64,000 nucleotides of DNA, from NCBI GenBank assembly GCA_040285825.1, contig JAUPSS010000001.1:2604001-2668000 (forward strand), in the 5' to 3' direction. A model generated the notes under the pieces. That model searched no databases. It saw only the letters and a program-made list of their open reading frames with translations, and was not told the DNA's origin. Source of the stretch: Eukaryota sp. TZLM1-RC. Its lineage: Eukaryota; Protista; Metamonada: BaSk clade. Made by a program: the position numbers and the translations under genes. This document shows positions 55,278 through 64,000 of this stretch, one piece after another; within the stretch, counting starts at the first letter, position 1, and each line of letters opens with the position of its first letter.

Positions 55278-57782
55278 CTAAAACAACCAACATTTTTTGG
55301 TTTTTTCTTCAGTGTTATTTTTTTCCTCTAAGCTTTCCTTTTCATTTGCTCTATCTTCTTCCTCTTGGGACAGCTTGGCAAACTTGATAAAGACATGTTC
55401 AAGTGTAGTCATTGTAATTGCATAATCAACAATACCAACTTCCTTATTACCTTGGACATTTTCAAAGGAATTAAACACTCTAGACAGCACAACATCAGAA
55501 GGAAGGTCTACTTGAGCAAACTTTCCTGGTATAAATGAAGCAATTTTAGCTTGAGAATGAATTGACTTGCAGAAATCCAAAACTTGTGCTCGCTGAGCTG
55601 TATTGTTAATATTCAGAAAAACTTTCCATCCTTGACCATAAAGTGATTTTAACCTTTGTGGACTGCCAACACATCGTAATCGTCCTCTTGTCATTATGGC
55701 AATTCTATCAGATAGAACCTCAGCTTCGGGCATCGAGTGAGTGGTTAGGATGGTTGCACATCCTCTCTTTTGTTCCTGTTTAATAAGTTCCCACAGAGCT
55801 CTTCTTGCCTCGACACTCATAGCAGAAGAAGGTTCATCCAATAAAAGCAAACGAGGAGCACCAATACAAGCAAGAGAAAGCTGAAGTCTTCTTTTATAAC
55901 CTCCTGAAAGTGCAGCAGATCTTCTTCCAACATATTCGCCTAACTGAAATCGAGAAACAATGTGGTCAACTCTTTTATCCGCCAAGTGAGAGGGAATCCC
56001 CACAATAGCTGCAAAGAGCTCGAGATGTTCTCTAACAGAAAGTAACTCAAATAACGTATCCTTTTGTGGACAAACACCCAGCGACTTGTGAATTTCATCC
56101 ATGTCAGTTCGCACGTCATGACCAAACACATGAAGAGAACCAGCAGAAAGGAAAAGGTCTCCAGTAATGATTGAGCAAGTAGTAGTTTTTCCACAACCAT
56201 TAGGTCCAAGTAAAGAAACAATTTCACCAGGAGATACTTTCAAACAAAGACCATTAACAGCGGTGAATTCTTTCTTGTTTTTCCCCTTAGATTTAAAAAC
56301 TTTGACTAATTTGTGAATTACAATAGAATTTGGGTCTGCGGATTTGTTTGAGCTAGTGGACCTTGTTGATTGCATTTCGGAAGCAACATCAGAATCAAAA
56401 GGACTAGCAATTTCATTTAACAAAGCTTCTTGGTTCTTCCCGCCTTTTCTTCCCTTATTACGACTGATATAATCAACGAACCAAGGCAACAGACAGCCTA
56501 AAATACCATGCATTACAAGGAATAACATTGGAATAAGCTGACCATTCTGTAAATCACCTGAAAACACGTCAGATAACGTCATGGTGTCCTTTTCTTGTAA
56601 ATTCAATGCAATAACCTCGAGACATCGATTCAATCCATATGGTGGAACGACGATCAAGAGAATGATAGACAAAACATTATGTAAAGTCCCTTCTAAAGGA
56701 GCAACCCGTAGTAATAGAATAGGTACAAGCATCACCAATGGAATTACGTTCCTTAAAACCTTTGTGGCTGTTTCAACTTTGCTAAAAATAAAAGAAAAAA
56801 GATAACCATAACCAATAGTGTGGAAAACAGAAAGAAGCATTGGTAAAACAGATGCTATCAAGGGAGCGTCAACAACAAAAGGAATTTTAGTAACCACCAT
56901 CAAGAGAATTGTGAAAACAATCAAAATACCAAAGACAATAGCATCTACACTAGCACTAGATAACCAGTACACAGACCTCTTGAGTCCATGGCAGGTCATT
57001 AGGTTCTTGATACCAGTTTCTTTGTCCTTAACAATCATTTCAGCGAACAAAGGAATCATATTTACAAATCCCATGGTAAGGAGGTAGGCTGAACCCATCA
57101 GTGCGAGGAGGGAAAAGTCAAGGGCGAATGGGGGAAGTGGCATGTCCTGGCGAGAGGCATGGATGGTAGTGGGAAGTTGCTCATTAACGTAGGCAGAAAT
57201 GATAGAGTTGAGACCAACTGGAAAGGAGTTCATAGCAGGAGAGTACATCATGGTGAGGTTGAGCTCCGTGGAAGTGTATGCATCAAAGAGATAAGCATAA
57301 GTAGCAGACGAAGGTTTATTGAATGAAGAGGTGTTGAAGAGGTGCTCATCCACAGATTGTTCATCCAGAAATTCGTAAAAGGAAGGGATAGGTTTCCCAT
57401 CATCGTTCAGATTGTGGGGGATACTTCCCAAAAGACCAGATTGGCTAACCTCATTCAATTCACCAACAGGATCACCAAGAGAGGGAGCAACAAATGGATT
57501 AATTTGTTCATGTTCATATGATGGGATATCTTCAGGGCCAAGATTGAACCTCATAGGGTCGGTGCGTTCCGAAAGAAGGTCCTCTAGTTGAGGTACCAAA
57601 AATAGAACAATCGCAATGACAATAGCAGTGTAATACAATGACGTTAGCACACTATTGGCCAAGTACTTCTTGTCACGACCAATGCAGGTGGATTTCAATT
57701 TTAATAAAGCCCTGTATTGACGGAACCATAGGGTCCTTTGATCAGCAATACGAGGAGCGGAGTTCTCCACAGTACCATACAT
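55278..57782 (-). CDS. Half-size ABCA transporter resembling the C-terminal half of full ABCA
   Basis: One TMD plus NBD: GPNGCGKTT, LSGGYKRRL, LLDEP, TTHSM.EAE, TTLEHVFIKFA. Confidence 0.9.
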   Translation of the reverse strand: MYGTVENSAPRIADQRTLWFRQYRALLKLKSTCIGRDKKYLANSVLTSLYYTAIVIAIVLFLVPQLEDLLSERTDPMRFNLGPEDIPSYEHEQINPFVAPSLGDPVGELNEVSQSGLLGSIPHNLNDDGKPIPSFYEFLDEQSVDEHLFNTSSFNKPSSATYAYLFDAYTSTELNLTMMYSPAMNSFPVGLNSIISAYVNEQLPTTIHASRQDMPLPPFALDFSLLALMGSAYLLTMGFVNMIPLFAEMIVKDKETGIKNLMTCHGLKRSVYWLSSASVDAIVFGILIVFTILLMVVTKIPFVVDAPLIASVLPMLLSVFHTIGYGYLFSFIFSKVETATKVLRNVIPLVMLVPILLLRVAPLEGTLHNVLSIILLIVVPPYGLNRCLEVIALNLQEKDTMTLSDVFSGDLQNGQLIPMLFLVMHGILGCLLPWFVDYISRNKGRKGGKNQEALLNEIASPFDSDVASEMQSTRSTSSNKSADPNSIVIHKLVKVFKSKGKNKKEFTAVNGLCLKVSPGEIVSLLGPNGCGKTTTCSIITGDLFLSAGSLHVFGHDVRTDMDEIHKSLGVCPQKDTLFELLSVREHLELFAAIVGIPSHLADKRVDHIVSRFQLGEYVGRRSAALSGGYKRRLQLSLACIGAPRLLLLDEPSSAMSVEARRALWELIKQEQKRGCATILTTHSMPEAEVLSDRIAIMTRGRLRCVGSPQRLKSLYGQGWKVFLNINNTAQRAQVLDFCKSIHSQAKIASFIPGKFAQVDLPSDVVLSRVFNSFENVQGNKEVGIVDYAITMTTLEHVFIKFAKLSQEEEDRANEKESLEEKNNTEEKTKKCWLF

Positions 57783-57846
57783 TGAGACAAACGAAAATGA
57801 TTGGAATCAAAATTATCACGTTACCCCTCACGTTTCTCACCTGACA

Positions 57847-60240
57847 ATGAGTTCAGTCCCGTTAGAAGGTGTCCACAGCTACCTCCTGCAAGTCAAGGGC
57901 CTTACAAAGAAAAACTTCCTGGTTTATTTTCGTGCTCCACATATTCTGCTAGAGGTTGTCTTTGCGATTTATTTCCTTGGTATCCTTCTATTCATCAATT
58001 ATCAAGAAGACCAGCCGAAGCCCCTCCCTGATCAGTTTCATGATGCGGTCACTCCTCTTCCTTGGAATCTCGCCTGTATGTTTTCCGAAGAACCAGATTG
58101 TGTCCTTCTATCATACGCCCCCTCTGATGATCTCGTTGCCCAGTCCATTGCTAACTACCTATCTGCGTTGGGTGGTACTACTGCTCTTGCTTTTGCATCT
58201 GAACAGGAAATGAACGACGCCCTTGTTGAAAACCCTTCCCGCTACGCTGTTGGCTTTGTTCTCCATTCATCTGAACCCAACTCATACAATTACACCATCA
58301 GAGTTCAGAATAACCACATGGGAGAGAATGAAAGCAACTGGGACATTTCCCCTTACTTGTCCTTCCAAACAGATCTCACTTCAGCCATTCTCTACCACCA
58401 ACACGGCCAGTCTCTCACCATTAACCTCTTGCTAAAGCATTTCCCGACACACAGAGACCCGATGCCCATAGGTTCTAACCAAATTACTTTACCAATATAT
58501 TTAACTATGGGGAGTATGTTTTTTGTCACTTCTTATATTACTGCTGTTATCACTGATAAGGAAAAATTTATCAAGCAAACCCTAAGATGCATTGGTATGC
58601 GGCTGTCTTGTTATTGGTTGAGTAATTACATTGTATTTGCTTTTGTTGGCTTTCTGGTTTCTTTACTGTGGTCATTTGGTTGCTTGGCCTTCAATATCAT
58701 TCCAGCTTCTATCCTTTATTTATTTATTCCTGGTCATTTTATGTTTTTACTTGCAATAATGTCATTTATGTCTCTGTTTTCTTTGTTATTCAAGAATGTT
58801 AAGGTTGCCATTGGTACTACGACTACAGTCCATCTAATCTTATCTTTTGGTGGATTGTTTATAATTTTCCTCTTGTTTACCAGAGAAGAAAAACACTTTT
58901 TAGAGAATATTTCGAATCTTTTCCCCTATTTTAATTATTTCGATTTTGTTTTCAACCTAATGACCGGCGTATTGTTTAATGAATCTAAATTGTGGAGCTA
59001 TTCAGCTAACCCCGATGGCAGAAGAACAGTTTCTGATAATTTTTGGTTGCTCGTTTTCAATTTTGTTTTATTTACTGTTTTGACTTTATATTTCGATTTT
59101 ATTGTCAAAACCGAATTTGATTCTTCCAAGAAGTTTAGCTATATCTTCTCTAAAAACCATTGGAAATCTGTATTTGATCTTTCTCAACCCAAAATTGATT
59201 CAAGTGTTCCTGCCTTGCAGGTTCAAAATTTGGTGAAGGAATTCAAACTGCCTAAATCTGAGGTTAAGGAAAAGAAAAGATACCTTCCAAAAGGGGAAAG
59301 AGTTGAAACTCTTTGCACTGCTGTCAATGACGTATCTTTCACAATCCCAATGGGTTCTACCTTTGCTGTTTTGGGAAAGAATGGTGCAGGGAAAACCACT
59401 GCTGTCAATTGTGCAGTAGGAGCTCTTAGTATCACAAGTGGTAACGTTTCTATTGCTGGCATGGACGTTACGAAAGATATGGATACGATTCGAAAATTAA
59501 TTGCGTATGTGCCTCAAAAAGACATTCTTATGGACCAGCTTTCCATTATCGAACACATTGAACTTTGGGGTTCAATCAAGGGCATTCCATTTGACGTCGC
59601 CAGACAACGTGGTTTTGAACTGCTCAGATCAGTTAGATTGGAAAGTGACTGCGATAAAAGGAGTAATGAACTGTCTGGAGGTATGAAAAGGAAACTTCAA
59701 CTGTGTTGTGCATTTGTAGGTGAGCCTTCTTTTATCTTTCTAGATGAAATTACTACCGGAGTTGACCCTGATAGTAGACATCAAATTTGGAACCTGTTAA
59801 GCAAGAAGAAAGCTTCACGTCAGCATTCTGTGCTTTTAATCACACATTATATTGAAGAAGCAGAGGTAATGAGCGATGATTTGGTTATTATGGCTTCTGC
59901 CAAGATTAGATGCCAAGGAAGTCCTGCCGAGTTAGCCATCAAACACGGTTCCGATTACCTTTTCACCTTTGTCAAGACTGAAAACTTTGTTGATGGGCAT
60001 GTAGTTGCTCTTTTGAATGAGTTTACCGGTGATGTTAAAGTTCGAAATTCCACCAATCAAGAGTTGGCAGTTTCCATTCCTACTAAGCATAAGGAAAAGT
60101 TTTCCTTATTGGTTTCTGAATTGGAAAACAGAAGCAACCAACTCGGGTTCTCGTCTTTTGGTATTCAAACCAGTACTTTGGAAGACATTTATCTTAAAGT
60201 AGTTGAGACTTATCAGCCAGAAGCTAGTGGTGATGTTTAG
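57847..60240 (+). CDS. Half-size ABCA transporter resembling the N-terminal half of full ABCA
   Basis: One TMD plus NBD: GKNGAGKTT, LSGGMKRKL, LDEITTGVDP.SR..IW, THYIEEAE, TLEDIYLKV. Confidence 0.9.
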   Translation: MSSVPLEGVHSYLLQVKGLTKKNFLVYFRAPHILLEVVFAIYFLGILLFINYQEDQPKPLPDQFHDAVTPLPWNLACMFSEEPDCVLLSYAPSDDLVAQSIANYLSALGGTTALAFASEQEMNDALVENPSRYAVGFVLHSSEPNSYNYTIRVQNNHMGENESNWDISPYLSFQTDLTSAILYHQHGQSLTINLLLKHFPTHRDPMPIGSNQITLPIYLTMGSMFFVTSYITAVITDKEKFIKQTLRCIGMRLSCYWLSNYIVFAFVGFLVSLLWSFGCLAFNIIPASILYLFIPGHFMFLLAIMSFMSLFSLLFKNVKVAIGTTTTVHLILSFGGLFIIFLLFTREEKHFLENISNLFPYFNYFDFVFNLMTGVLFNESKLWSYSANPDGRRTVSDNFWLLVFNFVLFTVLTLYFDFIVKTEFDSSKKFSYIFSKNHWKSVFDLSQPKIDSSVPALQVQNLVKEFKLPKSEVKEKKRYLPKGERVETLCTAVNDVSFTIPMGSTFAVLGKNGAGKTTAVNCAVGALSITSGNVSIAGMDVTKDMDTIRKLIAYVPQKDILMDQLSIIEHIELWGSIKGIPFDVARQRGFELLRSVRLESDCDKRSNELSGGMKRKLQLCCAFVGEPSFIFLDEITTGVDPDSRHQIWNLLSKKKASRQHSVLLITHYIEEAEVMSDDLVIMASAKIRCQGSPAELAIKHGSDYLFTFVKTENFVDGHVVALLNEFTGDVKVRNSTNQELAVSIPTKHKEKFSLLVSELENRSNQLGFSSFGIQTSTLEDIYLKVVETYQPEASGDV

Positions 60241-60433
60241 TTTAGGTTTTTTGAATTTGAATAAATTTGTAATAAGATACTTTTTTCAAAATTTCTTTCT
60301 CGAAGCAGAAAACCATTGATGATCATTGAGTAGAAGACCATAAGTGTTGGGAACTTGGGAGATCAGCCAACTTGAGCTACTGTCTTTAAGGTCAATCAAT
60401 TTTAAGTCGAACAATATAATCCAAGTTATAATC

Positions 60434-63190
60434 GTATTTATTGAATTTGCACACTTGATTAAATTAAATCATAACTAATGGGACGACTATCATTAAACCA
60501 AGATTTCCTCTACAGAATCTTGATTTGCTTGCTGTCTAGCTAAAGCTTCTCTAATTCGATTGAAAAACCGCGGTAATCTATTAATAATGGCAAATTGAAT
60601 CCGTGAACGCCATAAAAAAATATCAAATCTTTTCATTGTTTTTTCTTTCACCATTTTTTGGAAGTCATCCAAAAAAGTTTCTGCTTCAACTGATAATCTT
60701 CCATTTATCGAAAATGGGAAAGCAATAAAAACCAGCTGTGTATTTCTATCGACATTTGCATCTTCAATTTCTTTTATCATATTTTCTATGTTTTTCTTTT
60801 GCTTTAAAATCCAGAGCAGCCACAGGATTAAGTTTTTTTCTGTGAACCAAAGTATCGTTTGCAACATTACATGAGACAAAGTCAACAATAGCTTCAGAAT
60901 TATCAATCCAATCACAGTATACATCACCTCTATCATCAGAACCAAAATTATTCAGAGAAAGTGTTTCCTTCAGCAGGGGCTCTTTGATACACGATATCCT
61001 TGCAGTTTGTGCCATATTGAAAACAGTGTCTCTAACAGCATCATGTAATGAAGAACGATAAGTTATCAATTTAGAGCAATTTAGAGCATGGCGCAAAGTG
61101 AGTCGAGGTGAATTCGAACAAATACATTTTTCTTTTGATAATAATTGGTTAATGGGAATGTTCAAATATAATCTCATTTTTGTTACAAATGCTTCATTAG
61201 TGGCACACAATCCAAATCTTCGTGGTACAATGGTTACAAAAAGTGAAGAATCTGACGCCTTGTTTTCACAAACACCCTTTTCCAATAACAATGAGTGAAG
61301 ATCTTGATTTAAAACAGCCGAGCTGCAAATATTATTATAAAGATCTTTTTCATACATTCCAGTCAATCTTTTCTGTAATGTTCGAAGAGTGTACTTCAAA
61401 TTTAAAACATTTTTTTCTGGAATATTGCCATTGAATGATTGGGGAAAACATCGACCCCATTTTTCTACATCAATTCTTGAAATTTCTTCATTTAATGCAA
61501 AAACAGTGGAACTTTGCGTAGTCATCAATAAATCTTCCCAATCTGCAAATCTTTCGGAAAACTCAAAGATTGCATTTCTGCATCCACCAACAAAAGCACA
61601 CGAGGTAAGAATAGAAGCCTTCGTCCACCCTAAACCACCATAATGTGGACTAAGGTAAGCATGATCTGGAATTTGAAACATTTTACATCCCAGTAATTGA
61701 GATAGAACTTTTGCACGTAACTCATTAAACTTTTGAGCCAAAGGTCTAGTGACAAGAGGATTTGTAGATCGAAATATATGATTAAAATTGGAACTAAAAC
61801 ACAGTCTTATAATGGTAAATTTGATGTGTTTTTTTATATCTAAATTCATCATTCGGTCAATTTTGTCAGAAATTGAGTTCAACTTTTCAAATAATTTTTT
61901 GGTAATTTCATCATTATTTCCTAAAAACGAACCCAAATGACGAATAGCATCAATTGAATATAATTTGGCTTGAATTTCAATATCATCAATTATTGTGGAA
62001 ACTGGAGAATTCGATAACAAAACACATTTAAGTAAATTAAGTCGGAGACCAATTTTGGTAAATAATTCTTTAAAACATACAGTTGCTTTTTTCACAATAT
62101 TTAAATCACCAATAAGCACAACATCATCCATATATGCAATCATTTTTAGTGAAGGAAACATCTCTTGAATTTGCAGTAGAATAGGATGAATGGCCAAACA
62201 AAACAAAAGAGGTCCTAACGGATCTCCTTGCTTTACGCCACTTGATGAACTCAAAATGTTGTTACCAAAATGTAAATTAGAATATGTGCAATATGTTGAT
62301 TGAAAATATGGTATTAATTCCGGCATATATTGCAATAGAGCACCATGGATACTGCGACGACTTAGTGAATTGAAAGCATTACTAAAATCCAATGACATGC
62401 AAACATTGGATTCATTTTGACGAAATAAGACATCAGTATCAAAAATCGCTGAAGAGACTCCATCTGTAGTATTTATACCATATTGAAAGGGTAATAAAAT
62501 CTTTTTAGCTTTTTCATTGAACCTGCTTAAGCAACACGCAGAAAAAATATTGTGTAAGCTCTCAGAGACTGCAATAGGACGAACATCCATTTTTGAATTT
62601 TTGACAAGTGCAGTCAAACGAGAACTTCTTAATTCTTCTGGGTATTTGCGTTGACCAGATAATATTTGGTTGAAAAATTTGGTCAATAAACCAAGGCAAT
62701 CTTCTGAAGAAATAATCGCGGCTTTAACATGATCAATAGTAATACCAGAAAGTCCGGCAGATTTACCACGAGGTCTCTTTTTGATAACCGAAAAAACTTC
62801 TGATGGCATCAATGGATAATTTTCCCAGTATGTACCGTAAAAATTTTGATCCATTATAGGGTCTTCATAAGGATGAAGTATTTTCAGTTTATCTATTGTA
62901 TTTTCATTGTTCGGTGCTTTAACTCCGGGACTTAAAGCTGACAAAGCCTTGGACCATTTGTTGTCAAAGCATTTGTCTTCAAAAATTTTACTTAATTTCT
63001 CGGATGACTGATTTCTCGGTGCTATATTAGTTAAATCTTCGGAAATATTAACGAAATTTTGTTCAAAAGGAGGACAAAAAGAACCAAAAAATTCCCAAAT
63101 AATATTGATAGCATACTTTCCTTTACATAATTGATCCAAAAATCTTTGAAAATCCAAGTTCTCTAAAACTTATAAGATTTTTTTGCAACT
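60434..63190 (-). mobile_element. CRE-like non-LTR retrotransposon: RT, CCHC and restriction-like endonuclease; one frameshift near 60770, 5' end unclear
   Basis: VRPIAV, QYG, LDFSNAFN, GVKQGDPLGP, YMDD, GGLG, CIC..H..C, HDAVRD, EP, RGD..D..K..KY. Confidence 0.93.
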
Positions 63191-63502
63191 TGCAAATTTC
63201 AATGGTAAGGAGAACAAGCTTCTTGGAGAAAGTTCCACAATACCAGAGGGAAAATATTGAGACCAAATTTTTGGTGAAAGAGAATCAATTTCACGTTGTA
63301 AAGAAATCAGATAAAAGTTTGCCACAGTTATCATTGACATCAATTAAATTATATATCTGTAGTAAAGACTGCTGACTCAACTCTATCAGTAGCATTTATT
63401 CCATAATTCAAAAGGCAACAAAGTGGTTTTGCTCTTCCTTTAAATCTGTTTAAACAATTAAACAAGAGGCTGAAAAATTATTTTGTAAACTCTCAGAAAC
63501 TT

Positions 63503-64000
63503 GTATTTATTGAATTTGCACACTTAATTAAATTAACTCATAACTAATGGGACGACTATCATTGAACCAAAATTTCCTCTACAAAATCTTGATCTGCTTG
63601 CTGTCTAGCAAAAGCTTCTCTTATTCGATTGAAAAACCGAGGTAATCTATTAATAATGGCAAATAGAATCCGTGAACGCCTTAAAAAATATCAAATCTTT
63701 TCAAATCTTTTGTTTTTTCTTGAACCATTTTTTGGAAGTCATTCAACAAAGTTTCTGCTTCATCTGATAATCTTCCATTTATCGAAAATGGGAATGCAAT
63801 AAAAACCAACTGTGTATTTCTACCAGCATTAGCTTCTTCAATATCTTTATCATATTTTCTATGTTTCTCTTTTGCTTTAAAATCCAGAGCAGCCACAGGA
63901 TTTAGTTTTCTTCTGTGAACCAAAGTATCATTTGCAACATTACAGGAGACAAAATCAACAAAAGCTTCAGAGTTCTCAATCCAATCACAGTATACATCAC
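63503..64000 (-). mobile_element. 3' end of a further copy of the same CRE-like family (runs off the window)
   Basis: Highly similar to 60434-60930 with the same 3' terminus. Confidence 0.92.

Noticed and set aside
60760-60790. Programmed frameshift in the CRE endonuclease region
   Set aside because: Sister copies at 50850 and 63845 have one T fewer and read through; a copy-specific indel or assembly slip
1-64000. tRNA, rRNA or spliced-leader genes
   Set aside because: No cloverleaf with T-loop consensus or rRNA-like conserved block was found by eye; a covariance-model scan would be needed to exclude them

Overview
AT-rich nuclear DNA of a flagellated unicellular eukaryote (radial spoke head RSP4/6 and RJL GTPase present). 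It uses the standard code, has very short intergenic gaps and only a few tiny 26-34 nt GT-AG introns; a metamonad-like protist is plausible but is inference. About 19 host genes (ferroportin, Pol III C11, amino acid transporter, archaeal-looking ArgRS, glyoxalase II, xanthine-dehydrogenase-family enzyme, ER DnaJ, eL33, PlsC, RJL, TcdA, RSP4/6, GH18, two half-size ABCA and several unknowns) alternate with dense mobile DNA. The mobile DNA comprises three Fanzor (eukaryotic TnpB-like) loci, a hAT transposon with TIRs and 8-bp TSD, at least eight CRE-like RLE non-LTR retrotransposon copies, a Ty3/gypsy remnant, three young miniature LTR elements, solo LTRs and a MITE. Best leads: (1) two decayed Fanzor copies end in the same 18-mer exactly 4 nt before the ATG of a host gene; (2) three different miniature LTR elements carry a 12-bp palindrome where a tRNA primer-binding site should be; (3) a nearly intact Fanzor1 with a substituted RuvC-III Asp and a downstream hairpin; (4) an XDH-family enzyme that has replaced all four ligands of one [2Fe-2S] cluster. 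All family assignments are by motif recognition, not database search.
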